From contig MQRK01219504.1 of NCBI GenBank assembly GCA_001938485.1, forward strand, positions 1 to 64,000: a DNA stretch of 64,000 bases, written 5' to 3'. This DNA is from Girardia tigrina. Lineage: Eukaryota. Made by a program: the position numbers and the translations under genes. Below, piece by piece: positions 24,745-39,440 of this stretch. The notes under the pieces are model-generated. The model worked only from the letters and a program-made list of their open reading frames with translations, was not told the origin of the DNA and made no database searches. How positions within the stretch are numbered: the first letter of the stretch is position 1; the number at the start of each line of letters is the position of its first letter.

Positions 24745-25443
24745 TATATAAAATTGTTTCAATGCTTTTGTCGAACAGAAGGAACTAGGAAGACACATCA
24801 AAAACGTGCATACGGTCACGACGCCGCAGCGACAGAATGGTGACAAACCTTTCCAATGCCCATGGAAAATTTTCACAAGACATATAAAATGGATGAATGA
24901 TTAAAGCGAAATTTATTAATCGATCACCGAACCCAAGGAAGTATCAGTTGGTACCAGTGCTTCACAAAATAATGTAGATGAAGGATGTACAAAATCTTCG
25001 AACCCGATCGAGATGCATGATGTGTCAGTGCCTCTCGACGAACCGCGGAGACGGACCCAAGAGTGATTCCAAAGGTGGTTCTCGACTTTCGGTTAAGCAA
25101 TACAAATGATGTGTGAATATTTCGGTGTCCCTTTGCTCATTGTACGAAACGTGTTTATACAACCAAAGTTCTACAGAATCACGGTACGGGGGATCATGAC
25201 TTGTCTTTTCTGACTTGGAAACCGAAGCGTGCCGTTCACTGAAAGCTCGCATTATTGCATCTAAAGCCATGCGAGAAAGTCAATAGGCTATGTAATGTCT
25301 ATTTCTGGTTTCTACCCGATACAGAGTCTATGACTCAGTACCCTGTACGCCAATGCTGGTCCTGTAGTCGCTACAATACGCAGTTATCCATTCAGTCGTT
25401 GGAGGCTTACATCAAAAATTATAGATGTAATTGTGTTTCTTAA
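24745..25443 (+). pseudogene. Degenerate C2H2 zinc-finger cluster, possibly the N-terminus of an RLE-type non-LTR ORF
   Basis: CFNAFVEQKELGRHIKNVH, DKPFQCP, FRCPFAHCTKRVYTTKVLQNHGTGDH, with stops and frameshifts. GC-richer than flanks. Confidence 0.45.
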
Positions 25444-27169
25444 GAGCGCTTACAGAATTATTATTAAAACATTTACTATTATAAGACATGATTCTCAGAA
25501 GATCTTTTACCATTTATCATCACATTAATAATCAGTGTTTTTTTGTTATTGATTGTAAATTATTTCAAACTTCTTAAATGTGTTTAATTAATACATTAAA
25601 TAGAGTCATGTAAATTTAAAAAAAAATATTTATACTTAAAATTCTTTTAACTTATTATTTTTTTAAAATTAAATGTTATCGGATTATTATATTTTCATTA
25701 ATGTTCATTTAATAATCAGATTAAAATGATATTTTATTTTATTATTTTCAAATATTTCTACAAAAATATTGAAATTAACCAAAAAAATTTTAAACGTTTT
25801 CTGTTATTTTTCTAATTTATTTTTTAAAAAGTATTTGAAAAAAGAATGAAAAATTAAAAAAAAGAATAAATGATAAAAATTATGAAATATTTTTTAAAAG
25901 AAAAACAAATAATTTCTCACTGAAAATTAAAAAAAAATAATTTAACTTTTTTGTTTATTAAAAAAATTTAAATGTTTTTCAAAAATATATAAATAATGAA
26001 AAAAAAGATTTTTAATTTAAACGCAAAAATGGAAAATATTAATTTTTAATTAATTATTTATAAAATTAATAATGTATCGATTATTTTTTTTCTTATTTTC
26101 CATTTAAGAAAAATAATAAAAATTTACTATTAAAATTAGTTTGATATCTTTATATTAAATCCAAATTAAAATAAAATATCTTTTTCATAACATATTTATT
26201 GTCTTAATTTAAAAATTTTTAAAATAATTTTAAAATATTTTTGTTTATTTCTTAATGATTTTGAGTTCAGAAAAATGACTTTTTTTGTTATTTTACGATT
26301 TTCGATTGGTTATTTAAAATTATTTTAATATTACTTATATATTTGCTAGTCTGTGTTCAAGAGGTTTAGAATTTTGTTATATAAAATTAAATTATAATAT
26401 TAAATTAAAAAAACAAACATATTTTGTTTTGCCATGCTTATTCTAAAAATTTTAATAACTATTGAAATTATTTAATATATAAATATTAATTTACAAACAT
26501 TTATTTCAAGCTCATATTTTCTATTATTGTACACCTAATTTATTATTTTCGTGTTATTTTAGAGCTATCATGGAATCGTAAAGTTATACTTAAAAATGTA
26601 ATTTCTTTATTTGATAAAAAAATATAGATTTTTTTATTTGTTTTCATTATTTTTTTTGATTTATATAAATTAAGTGTATCACAAATTATTTAATATGATA
26701 AACATATTTTAATAAATATGACATATAAAAACATTGGATAAAGGCTATAGTGAGTTAGGTGCCAATAACTTTGAATTCTTTCATATCCTTATCAGCTAGC
26801 GCCCTAAATATAAGTTTATATTGGTGGACCTCACGTCTACCTATATCCTTTTGTTAAATTTACATAACATCTTGGTAGTGTTTTGATAAATAAAAAATGA
26901 TTAATTAAATATATGAGATTTATTAGCTCCTTTTAGACTACGTTAATTAGGCATATATTTTACAAAGAAATGTAACTTAAAAAATTAAAATCTAGTAATC
27001 TAGTAATTAACGCAAAAGGAAAATCAGCTTTGGCATAGTAAATACGTTTCCAGTCTTAATCGTCTTCTTGGTGAAATATGTATGACCAAACACTGACGAT
27101 CAAGGATGTATCAGAATGTCAGGAACTATCGGCTTTCACCAAAAAGCATGATGGCGAGGAATGTTCCGA

Positions 27170-27660
27170 GTCTTAAACTAATGAAACAAGGCATATAAAA
27201 TTTTCACGGGGTTTAGATTGAATTTGTCTGCAAAAGCAGTCTGAATCTTTAGAAAAAATAGCTTCATTGACATAATCAGGATCTTTACTTAAGATAATTG
27301 AAGATCCTCGTATTCGATAAAAAAAGTTTTCTAAGATGTGCAATGTCTTTGCTGATTGAGACTCTGTGCTCTTTCTTGTACTAATATGCCTCAAATAATC
27401 AGACTAATTCGCATCTGTTAGATCAAATGCATTTTCTGGGATTGTTGTTAATGTTGTCATAAACAATTCTTTAAAAACTATTAAACAATCATCTATCAAT
27501 AATTTTCTTGGGGTTATTATCCTAAAATTCTTTAACTGCATGATATCTAGCTGCTTTAGATGGCCTTTAATTGAAAACGTCGTAAGTTTGAAGAATTCTT
27601 GTTTCGTTGGAGTACGAAACTATTAAAAGATTTCAAGTTTTTTTGAGAAAGTTATTAGTC
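27170..27660 (-). mobile_element. L1/Tx1-like reverse transcriptase remnant
   Basis: KGHLKQLDIMQLKNFRIIT resembles KG..D...LKNWRPIT at the start of the RT. Heavily decayed. Confidence 0.35.
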
Positions 27661-29605
27661 AATATCGGCACGAGTTTTCAATAAAAATAATATAAATAAA
27701 TTGAGACAATTTCTCACATCGGTTGAGCCAATATTTATATTTCAGACCGACTAAAGTAATCTCTATTAATCAAACTAATAAAACAAATTCTTTTTTCTTT
27801 AATAATTTTTTTTCTGTAGAAAAGTAAATTTCTGTTTTATTTGTCTGAGATTTATTTACATTAAGAAAAAAATTGTTATTTGTAAATATTCTTACTGTAA
27901 AATTAATTAATTATTTAATTACATTATATATATATATATTTTTTTTTCTATGTTAAAAAATATTTATTTTGTTTTCCAAAATTTTTTAAATAAAAATACT
28001 TGAATTTTTATGAGTCATTTTTTAAAATACGAAAAACATTTTATTTAATATTTCATTAAATTAAGCGGTGCTTTAAAAATACAAAAAAAACAAAAGAAAC
28101 AAAAATTAAAATTATGATAAAATAATTTTAAAATAAGAAACATAATATTTATAAAAATAGAAAAAATAAAAAAATATTATGTTTAAAATTTCCGATGAAA
28201 TAAATAAATTAATTGTTTTTTTAATTGTTCTAAAATATAACAAAAATGTTTATTAAATAAAAAGAAGCGAATGAACCTAAAAATACAATTTATTTTAATA
28301 AATATTAAGTAAAAATAATAGTAAAAAAATCAAATATTATTTACGTCATCAAAATGTTTTAGATTTTGTCATTTTAATAGTAAAACATTCAATAAACGAG
28401 ACTGAAAAGTTAAAACCGTCGCTAAATAGAGTCTCGAAAAACGAATATATAATTTTTGTTTGTGGAAATCCATATGGTATGGCTGTTTCTCATTTAAAAT
28501 TTGATAAAATATTTTCAAATAGAATTTCATTATAGACGATAATTAAATATTTATATTTGTGTTAAATTATCTTTAACCTCGAAAGACTTAATCTTTTGAC
28601 ATGTCATTTGAAAAAACAAGAAATAATTTTATTAAGACTAGGAGGTCTAACAAAACGATGTTGGGCCCGTTTATTTACAGTGTCAGGAATTTGTTAATAA
28701 TTAAAACTTTTTGTCGCTCTGAGAAGTTAGTTAATTTTCAGCTCGTTGATCGAAATATAAATAAATTAAAAATTATTCGGAATCGAAATTAAATTGAAAA
28801 TTAAAAATTTATACTTAGAATGATACTTAAATATTCTTTATAAACTATTTTTTTTTATTTTCGTAGAAATATGAGTTATTCAAAACAGTTCTGATTACGT
28901 AGTTGTAAAATTAATAATTTTAGCCAAAATTTGAATTCTATTAAAAAAAATTTTAATATTTGTAAAAATTAATTTTTAGAATTTTAAATTGAATTAGGGA
29001 TATGATTAAAAAATTAAATATTTCAAATATAAAAAATTGAATATTAAATATAAATTATTTTCAAAAATTTCAAATAATAGTCAAAAATGTTATAAAATAA
29101 TTGTTTAAAACGCAAAATTAAAAACATCATAAAAAATTTAATTTAAAAAACAAAATTATAAAAAGAGGGGTGACAGAATTTAATTAAAAATAAAAAACCA
29201 AAAATATACACAAATATTAATAACAAAAAATAATAACAAGACAAATTGACCAAAATCTTCTCTCAAACGTCTCTCAAGAACTTAAAATGTCTCAAATAAA
29301 TGGAGATGTAAGTGCAAAGCAGTTTTGTGCAATCAACTCAACATAATTGACTTAGACCTACCAAACTCATTGTAGCTGCATAATGTAATTATGTCTACTT
29401 AAATATAATTTAGTGTATATTTTTGGTTTTTTTAGTTTTTATTATTGATTTTTGTGTATATTTTTGGTTTTTTATATTTTATTATTATTAATTCCAACGC
29501 GAAATTAATTCCGCATCATAAAAAACAGCATAAAAGAATTAAAATAATGATTTCTAGATTTATCGAATTCTTGACCTTTCTTAAAATATAATTCAATATT
29601 ATTTA

Positions 29606-32229
29606 CAGTAAAGCCTCCCAATATTGAACATCATTTTTTAAGAGAAAAGTGTTTAACATATGGAGAAATATATACTTATCAATAAAATTCTATTGGTATG
29701 AGGGGTTAATTTTAAATTTTTATCTCGCCTGAATAGTTTATTATTTTTTTAATTTAAAGGGTAAAATATTTTTATGTTAATTTGCTTATTAAATATTTTA
29801 AAAAATTAAAAATNNNNNNNNNNNNNNNNNNNNNNNNNNNNNNNNNNNNNNNNNNNNNNNNNNATTTAAAAATAAAAAATATCTTTAATGTATCTAAATA
29901 ATATTAAATATCTTAAAATTAAAAATGTCAAGAAAACAAAAATATTAAATATTTATTTATAAATAAAAATATTTTTAATAAAAAATTTTAAAAAATTGAT
30001 TTTGAAAATAAAATTTAAATAATTTTTTGAAATAAATTTTCGAAATAAATTTTCAGGGTTTTAAAAATTAAATCGAAAAGAATTTAATAGATTAATTTGG
30101 GTCGAGATAATTAAATTAAATTAACAGGAAAATTTGTTTTAGAAATGTGAATTGTTATATTAATAAATTTTTGGTGGTGTTAAATTATGACTTTAGAATG
30201 TGATAATAATGAAAGTGGCATAAACGCTACTTTTTGTTATTAATTATACTTAATAATAATAAACTTAATAAATACACAAATATTAACAAATATTACTACG
30301 TGACAGAATTATAAAAAAATGTGAAAAGTAAAATAAAAAATTAAAACAGTTATTAACGTTGTTGCAAAGCTTTATTTAATAAATTCCGTTATTTTCGATT
30401 GTCTTTTGCATTTTGACATTTGATAAATTTATTCACTTAATTTTTTTTCAAGCACAGATATCTCATTAACCATGAGACATGGTTGTTTTATCATTAATTA
30501 CAATATCTTTCCAAAAATCTTTATTTTCATTTTCATTCTCATCTTTTTTTTGGTCTAAACACATTGATTATAGTTGATTTTCATCAATAACAATATTTAT
30601 TAGATCTTCTTCTTTCAAAGTTTTCATAGACTCATCAACATCATCAAAATGGTACATAAGTTGCAGCTGAAACCTGCTCATCAACCAATGCAGCAGATTT
30701 TGCATAATTAATAAGTTCATCAAGCTCCATAATGTCATCCTCAACTTTATCTTCTATATCAACTTGATTAAATAAAAAACCAGCGTGATTAAAACAATTT
30801 ACGATTGTGCTGGATTTTACTTCCTCCCAACTTTGTTTTATCCAAACAAACACACCGAGAATCATTATTTGTGAAATATGATTCACATTTCTTAAATTTA
30901 TATTTGAAATACTTTATCAACCTCTTCTCATATTTAGTTTTTAAAATTTTTTTAATGATTCCCTTGGTCAAGTGGTTGAATAAGTGATGCCGTATTCAGA
31001 GGAAGAAATTGCAATTTTACATTAGAAAGATTTATGTTTTCGATCGGATGGACAGTTATCTAATATTAAAAGTATTTTTCTATTTTCAAATTTAAATATT
31101 CTCTTTAAATTCTGTAACCAATATTCAAATATTTTTGAAGTTTTATTTTGCAGTTTTATTTGATGTATATTTAAGCTTTAATTTACTTAGGGAGATATTT
31201 TTTAAACATCTTGGATTTTTATTTTTTCCAATTACAAGAGAATTAAGTTTTTCCCTGCAGCATTAACGACAAGTAATAGGGTAACTCTTTCTTTTCTAAC
31301 TTTAGTTCCTTTATTTTCTTTTTTGTTTCTCTGGCATGGCCGTATAATACAGTGATGTTTCATCTACGTTAAAGATATCTCTTGGAGAATAATTTTTGAA
31401 GATTTTTGAAATATAGTCTTTAAAATTGTAGCCTCATTAAAATTTGCTGAACAGGACTCCCCACTTAAGGCTTTAAATGAGACATTATGGGATTTAATAA
31501 ACTTTTCTAACCAACCATTTGAGGCCTTAAAGTTTTCCATATTTTTTTTCTTTGCAAACTCCAAACATGCCTCTTGAATATGTGGTCCTGATATTGGTAT
31601 GTTGTTAGATCTTGCTTTTATAAACCATTGCCACGTTAGGTTATTAATTTCGTCATATTCTGATTGTCGTTGCTCTCTTTTTCTTTCTTTATTTAAGTTT
31701 TGTTCATATAATTTTAAATATTCATCTTTTCTCTTCTTAATATTGACAACTGTACCAATTGAGACGTTAAATTTTGTTGTGACATTCTAATCGTATTCTA
31801 TTTACTGTATTCTATCAGATCAACTTTTTTACTTATTGATAATTCTTTTGTTATTTTTCTTCTTTTCATTTTGATGAAATAAAAAACGCAAATAAAAATA
31901 TTATAATTTTTAATCAATAATCAAAATTAACTAAAAAACATTTACAGTTTAATGCAATTAAAACTTTTAAAAATTAACATAAATAATCACAGCAAATTAA
32001 CGTGTTTAAACAAACGCAGCTTTTTACTGTGCAATATATAGAATTACAAATAGTATAAATAACCAAAGGAACTCACTTCACATTATGTTCAATGTTCAGA
32101 TTACAGAGGTGTTCAACATAGGCAGTACTAAAGAGTTGTTTTATATTAATGTACATTTAAATCCAAAAAAGTGTTCAATATAGAGCGATTTTCAATATAG
32201 AGAGTGTTCAATATAAGGAGGTTTTACTG
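29606..32229 (-). mobile_element. Tigger/pogo-type transposon, full length, pseudogenised
   Basis: TIRs CAGTAAAGCCTCCCAATATTGAACA / TGTTCAATATAAGGAGGTTTTACTG with TA duplication. FKASNGWLEKF, DETSL, QFLPLNTASLIQPLDQGII, W.EV..STIVNCF..AGF. Confidence 0.93.
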
Positions 32230-32239
32230 TAAATCCTAA

Positions 32240-35200
32240 ATATCATATCAAAATTTTTATATAAAAATATTATGATAATAAGAAAAATATTGTTCTAGAA
32301 ATATTTTGAAACTCCATCTTAAAGTAAAATAATGAATATTTTCAATTAAACTCATTGAAATAGACTAATAAATTATTATCAGATAATAATTTATTAATTA
32401 ACTCATCAGATTCCAGGGTCGTCAAATGACGAATTTTGCGTTTTGATTTTTTAATTTTTGTTATACATTTCAGGAGATGAAATCCTTTAGTCTAGTTAGT
32501 CAAATGGTATTTATTAGTTAGAAAAAATATTTTTGTAAGATATTACCTTTTAGATCAAGGTAATAATCCTTATTATCAACTAAATCTATTTAATTGTAAA
32601 ATTTTAAATAAAAAAATCTGGTACAAAATGTGTTAATTTCCAAAAATATAAAACTTATAATATAAAGTTGTTGAAGATGATTAAAGTCGCTTATCGAAAA
32701 GTCCGTTTTTAGAATTTTCTATGCGTCACCCAGTTATTTTGTTTTTATTGTTTTTGGGTCACCCAGTATGAAATGTGTTTTTAAAGGTTGTAATAAAAAT
32801 TTCAAGAACGTTTCCGAAGGAGCCGCAAAATATTTAAAAAATTTCAGGACTTTTTTGTAATTTGTTTTCTTCTATTCCTTTTTCCTGTAGATATAAATTT
32901 AAAATGGCATATATGTATTATTGCATTCTTTTTAAATAATTTTAGATTTGTATTTGTAGATCAATATTATATCAATACTGCCTATATAAGTCACTTGGAC
33001 CTGAATTATTTTCAAGGCATTTTCGACCCGCAGTGCTTGTGGAAAAAATATTCAGAATAAAAATGTGCTGAGTTCTGTTTTGAGACACTATTTTTTATTG
33101 CAAGATAATCCATGCCGTTTTTTAACATGTTAACTGCGTGGCCCTTGGGTCACCCAGTTATTTTGTTTTTATTGTTTTGAACCATAGTTTTCGCTTAAAA
33201 ACGCCTTGTGATCGAAACATGTTCAACGATATTCTTTAAAAGTGCTTTAACAAATATCCATAAAAATTACAATTTTTTCTTCACCAGACTAAATATTACT
33301 TTATAATTAATATTTAATAATTTAACAATTTATATTTAAATTTAATAAATTTTAATAATTTAATTTAATGATCATCCAAAAAATTATTTGATTATTTTTA
33401 AAAATTCAATTGCTAATTTATTTTTTATAAATCGAAAAGTTTAAAATACATTTAAAGGAAGGAGACTTTAATCGAAGGCAATTTTTACTTTTTTTATATA
33501 TAAAATTATATTTTGCGATTTTTTTCTTTTTCTATTATTTATCAAATATTATTCCCTATAAAGCAGCTGACGGTGGAAAAAAGTACAAAGTGAATAATTG
33601 AATTATCCCTGAAAGTCTAATTAATAAGCTCGCAATTCGCATTGTTGATTGAGGATGAATCGGGGTGGCTCAGACAGACCCGTGATGTCCCAGATTCCTC
33701 AATCAGATCCATCATTTGTTAATTTGATAACATTAAAGGATTAAATTAATTAATATTGTATCACAAATGAAATAGAGTGTTAAAATAATTATATTTTCGT
33801 TTATTATCAATTGTCCGTATTTCATCGACTAAAACCAATTTGTGAATATTGTCAAAAAATTAATGTTGTAAAAAATCCAAAAATTAAAAAAAATAAAATA
33901 ATTTTAATTGTAGAAGTTTCTGAGACTAAATATTTTATAAAAAATATTTTTAAGAATTAAACTTTTTAAATTTTCTGAAAAGTAAAAAAAACATTAAAAT
34001 TTCTTAATATATTCTTTTAATGTTTTAATCATAAATGAAACTATAAATGAAAACTATAATTTGAACATAAGTAACATAAAATTTGTATGTTTGTTGAATT
34101 TATTACTATTAATTTTTTTAATATTTTTGTAATATTAATAAAATATTTTATTTATTAAAAAAATTTAGATTAAAATTAAACGAAAATATTTTCAAACGAA
34201 ATTTCTTTTCAAAATAAATGTTTTTTTGTTTTTTATTAAAATTTTATTTTCATATATTTTCGAATATAATAATCAAATCAAATTTTTACGAAGTAAAATA
34301 AAAGCCACAGATTAAAATTTTATATTATTTTTTAATACTCTAAATTAAAAATAATCTGGTATTAAATGACATTTTTGTATAGGAAATAATATTTCTTTTG
34401 TTAAAAAGAGACTTTTAAGAGGTTTACAAAAATTTACGTTTTAAAAATTTTGTTATCTTAGAAATTTTTTTGTTTATAATAACTTAATTATTGATATTAT
34501 TCCAAACAATTTTGAATTTATTCTTTTTGTCAATTTTGAAAAAGAAAGAGAATTATATTATAAAATATAAAAATTTTATTGTAAGGATAGCACTTGTACC
34601 ATTCATTATATCATTATATATAATAAAATTCGATATAGTATTTATGTACATTTCTTTATTCCTCAATTTTTTCTCATTCTTTCCCATCATTTGCCACAGG
34701 ATGGCCTTCATTAGGCGACCTCTTCTTTAAACAAAACTCAGGGAAATAAATCGGATATCATATTTTTATTTATTTTTTTATTTTTTTAAAATATAAAACG
34801 AAACAAAAATTATAATATTGATGCGTTAATCTTAATGATTAAAAGTCGATAAAATAATCATTTTGATAATTAAATTTCAAAACTGAAATAATTAAAATTG
34901 AAATAATTAATTTGAAATCAATAAGCAAAACCTTAACATTCTTCAACTGGATGTCAATAGATATAAATTAATCATCCTATTTATTATTTTTTATTAGTGA
35001 GCAAAAGTACCCGTTCAGTCATATATAAATAAGTGAGCCGCACCATGGCTTTTACGGGGTTCTTTTCGTGCCGCCTCCCCAGTACCACTAGATTGGGTGA
35101 TCGTTTCCGCCTCCCTATATACATTATAGCCTTATTTCTTATCTTCTGATGTTTCTTGATCAGAGGAGGAGTACTTTTCCTCATCCTCAAGTTGCTCAAT

Positions 35201-36345
35201 TCTATGTACATATGACTTGAGCGACTCATCAAGGATTGTTGGATCGAAATCTTCTGAACTTTTAACTTTTTAATTTTTTTTGTTTTTTTTGTTTCTATTT
35301 GGGGCTCCTCCATACTGCCTGGGTCTTCCATGATCAGTATGGAGTCCATGGGTACTTCCTCCTCTCTCATCTCAATCCGATAAAGTCTGCGGATCCCTGG
35401 GCATCTTCTATCTCTATGAAATGCTCATTGCACCAAAGATTATTTAACAATGGATATCGAGCACGCTATCGTAATCTTTTTAATAGTCTTTTGCGGGTTC
35501 TTTAGACTTTTCAAAATACTTGTACTGCATTTTGGCCAAGTTCCGATATACCCGACCTAGAGGGTGTGAGAAATATAGTTGTATTCGACATGGCCCTTCT
35601 ACAAGCAATAGCCAAGAACGTCTAGGGATCCAAGTTCTTGGTATCGCTGTTTTCCATATTTTTCAGCGTGTCAAAAGGACAATTGACATGTATGATATAC
35701 AGAGTGTTCTGTCCTGGTACCATTATTTGCAGATCTACCCGTTGTTGTAACGGAACATATGCAGACACAACATCTATATTTTTTACACAATCTAAGTGCT
35801 GTCTAATTTGTTCCGCCACAACGTATAAGAACACGTTATGTTTGTACTTTTTAAACTGATCACTATAAGACATCACGCTCAAAACATGCACAGAGTCTCC
35901 CATTTATTATTCAAAGTCAAATTAAATCGATCAATTCTTTATCAATTCTTGAATTATAAACATTTAATTATAATTATAAGAGGGACAGCACATATTGATT
36001 AAACAAATAAATGAACAATTAATTCGATATTTTTAATAGATATTTGTTAAAGTGCTTTTCAAAAGATTATCGTCGAACATGTTTTAATCAGAGATTTCGA
36101 TCATTTTCAACAACTTTATATTATAAATTTTAGTACATTTGGAAACCAATTAAAAATTTATAATCTAAAAGTAATTTATAAGTCTATTACAAAGAGTTTA
36201 TTTAAAAATATTCATTATTTTAATTTGAGGTGGAATTTAAAAATATTTCTAAAACAACAATTTATTAATTTAAACAGTTTCGTAATATTTTGATATAAAT
36301 AATATTGGATTATATTTTAGCCAAGATCAAGATAATAATTCGATA
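32240..36345. repeat. Penelope-like 3' end/pseudo-LTR present twice in opposite orientation (29560-29605 + 32240-32690 + 33205-33265 versus 36025-36345)
   Basis: Shared blocks such as tataatataaagttgttgaa(g/a)atgat and aaacatgttc(a/g)acgata..ctttaacaaatatc. Degenerate TGAAGATGAT..GATCGAAACATGT hammerhead. The left copy is split by the Tigger and by a 0.5-kb insert. Confidence 0.6.
34981..35905 (-). mobile_element. 5'-truncated RLE-type non-LTR retrotransposon (NeSL/R4/R2-like): zinc-knuckle remnant, restriction-like endonuclease, 3' UTR
   Basis: HVLS...Y.HN, RVDLQI..NTLYIIHVNCPFD..NMEN.D.KN (PD..D.K type). A-rich tail aataaaaaataataa at about 34981-34995. Confidence 0.75.
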
Positions 36346-37258
36346 AATGTAGGACAAAATTATATTACAAAAATTATATTAAAATATTAAAACGAATGAA
36401 AAATTAATTATATATCAACATATTATGGTCATTGGGGACAATAATAATACTTTGAAAAATTTTGAATTAAACTTTTAACATCTTTAAGATTTTTGTCATT
36501 TAAAATAACACCGAAATGTTAATTGCAAATTAAAGAATTCGTTTTTTCGATATTTTGAACATAATTTTAGATATATTTACGGAAATAACTGATATACATA
36601 ACACTCTTCAAATTTTATTTGGATATTAAAACATTAATCTAAAATAAAGATTGATTTTATGAAGGTCTAGAATTTTATTAATTTCTTTATTTTGTTTCAA
36701 TAATATATTTACTTAAATTAATATAGTCTTAATTTTATATTTTCATGATCAACCATATCATTACGCTATATTTTTTGAGAATCGTGGTCTCAAAGTTGAA
36801 ATGCTGCGACTTTATTCAAGTTAATGAGTTTGAAAATATTTGACGCGTATTGAGTCGTATTGATCAGAAAATTAATTTTAAATATGATACAAAAATTCTC
36901 GTCATGAGCGTTCAAAAAATGTTTTTTGTGGGTATATGTGTATATAGATTCGTGAAAAAACTAAATCTTTGAAAATCCATGATTTTCTCTACAAGTTTTT
37001 CCTGTAGCATGAGCACGTGTTTTTCGTAAAAGTAAAGCTTTAAATCTTTTAATTATCATTGAAAGAATTAAGAATTATTGATGTTAATTACCATAAAAGG
37101 CAAGAAATTAATTTAGAAAAGAAAATTAAAGAAACAATTATGTTTTTTTTCTAAAATACAAACAAAGAGACTATTTAATAAACCGTCACATGTAAAAATT
37201 AAAACTTTTAATTATTAGTATAAATTCGAAACGGAGGAATGTTTATAAAAGAATGAGA

Positions 37259-37727
37259 TTCTTCCATGATCAGTATGGAGTTCGTGGGTACTTCCTCCTC
37301 TCTCATCTCAATCCGATAAAGTCTGCGAATCCATGGGTATCTTCTATCTCTATGAAATGCTCATTGCACCAAAGATTATTTAACAATGGATATCGAGCAC
37401 GCTATCGTAATCTTTTTAATAGTCTTTTGCGGGTTCTTTAGACTTTTCAAAATACTTGTACTGCATTTTNGCCAAGTTCCGATTTACCCGACCTAGAGTG
37501 TGTGGAGAAGTATAGTTGTATTCGACATGGCCCTTCTACAAGCAATAGCCAAGAACGTCTAGGGATCCAAGTTCTTGGTATCGCTTTTTTCCATATTTTT
37601 CAGCGTGTCAAAAGGACAATTGACATGTATGATATACAGAGTGTTCTGTCCTGGTACCATTATTTGCAGATCTACCCGTTGTTGTAACGGAACATTTGCA
37701 GACACTGCATCAATATATTTTACACAA
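37259..37727 (-). mobile_element. Second near-identical copy of the RLE endonuclease segment
   Basis: Aligns almost base for base with about 35324-35790 in the same orientation. Confidence 0.85.
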
Positions 37728-38441
37728 CGTTTGTACATTGATATGACTATATTTTTTTATTACAATTATTTGTAAAAAAGGAATACTGCTAAAACAATTT
37801 AATTCTGAGAAATATGTTGATGTCATTAAGAATTTAGTGGAAATTAATTAATTAGCGACTTCACCAATTCTCTTTACTATTGCATGTGTACCAACGAAAG
37901 GATATAATTAGAAACGTACGACTTAACTTAATTCACTTTACGCTTTTTCCAATGGAAAAGTCGTTATTCTTTCAATAGATGAAAAGAATAATAAATGAAG
38001 AAAATTTGATTCAAAGATGAAAATATACGGAGAAAAATTTACTTCCATCTCAAAAATCAATTTGCGACTCCAATTTTTTTAGTAATAAATGAAATTTTTT
38101 TTTTGATTTTTATCATTATTATAATTATTATTATTATTTCTATTTTTATAATTTTTCTCATTTTTCTATTTTTATAATTTCAATGAATAAATAAAAAAAT
38201 AATTTAAAACAAAAAATTGAATAAAAATAATTTAAATATCATTTTGATGACTTGTCGGATTAATTATATCAAACATTTTTTTGGCTTCAAAAATAGTCGT
38301 ATGTTCCTGAAGTAAATTATCTAATTTAACTGTTCACAATGTATTTAAAATATCGGAGGATCATTAGAAAACCAAGAAAGGTAAAGAAATATTAAAATTT
38401 TTATAAGTTTACATTTACAACACATCAGATAAATATCAGTT

Positions 38442-38666
38442 CACTTGAAAAGTCACCCGGTCCGGACAATGTGAGGATTGACAGATTGATAGCTCTTTTT
38501 TGATTCAACATGGTCGTTCTTGGTTGGTGAAGCAATTTGTCTGGTTAATTCCGATAATGAACAAGGCTCTCCAATGCTAAATAGTTCAGTTATGTTAAAT
38601 AGCAAATGCTGAGTTAGAGGAATAAATGACGTTTAGCTAATGGATATCTACGAATAACAGGACTGT
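38442..38666 (+). pseudogene. Degenerate 18S rRNA fragment, part 1
   Basis: TCACCCGGTCCGGAC..GGATTGACAGATTGATAGCTC..CATGGTCGTTCTTGGTTGGTG..ATTTGTCTGGTTAATTCCGATAA..AATAACAGG match conserved 18S blocks, with substitutions and deletions. Confidence 0.93.
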
Positions 38667-38996
38667 TTGAGGAATTTAAAAATAAAAAGAAAAAAAACAC
38701 TTAAAATTTAAATTGAAGACATTTTTTGTTCGTGGCCTTCTGATTGACCGGATTTAAAAAATATTTATTTTATTAGGTAAATTTTTTAATTGAATGTTGT
38801 CAGTTTTTGTTTTATCGCATTAAAAAAATAATTTTTGCGCGAATATGTTGATAATTGATTTAGAAGTCTCCATTGTTGATATTTTCGAATTTCTTGATAA
38901 ATAAATTATTGTGGCGCAATTCTTTGTCTTTTTTGAATTGAACTTGATTTTAGTCGCCATTAATGAAATCAATCGGAATCAATTTTCTCACTTGTT

Positions 38997-39440
38997 ATGA
39001 TAAATTTTAAAACGCTGATCTTTCTCAGTTTGCTCAAATTGTGGGTGTTCGTGTACCAGTTGGTCACGTTCCCGTTTTATGCCTTGATCAAAGACAAATC
39101 GGTGAATGAGATCGCCGTTAGCGCCAATGAAATGTCGGGACCGTGGAGTAGCGCACGGGCGCTCAATCAATTGACCACCACCCCAGTGGCGGGATGCGAC
39201 ATTCTTAAGTCGATTTGAAGATGCGCGATTGCTATGTGACCCGAGAAAAACGCGCTCAACACCTATTTTGCGCTGAGTTCGAAACGCAGTCTGAGGCGAA
39301 GTTTGCGGGAGATGAATCGTTACCGAAAGTTGTGCTAGTCGTCAGTCAGTGTCCGCAAGTCAAAACTATCGTCTTCATGGACAAAAAATACAATATGACG
39401 ACATGCAAGTGGAAATGCTACCGAATGAGGTTGGATTAAT
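38997..39440 (+). pseudogene. Intronless, internally deleted long-chain acyl-CoA synthetase (ACSL3/4-like) 5' fragment
   Basis: Membrane anchor FVYQLVTFPFYALI, GPWSS..L.TTPVAGCDIL (cf. GSPYRS..GADTL), DCYVTRE (cf. GTRE), E.ETQ, then LPKV...CPQVKTIVFMDKK. Confidence 0.7.
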
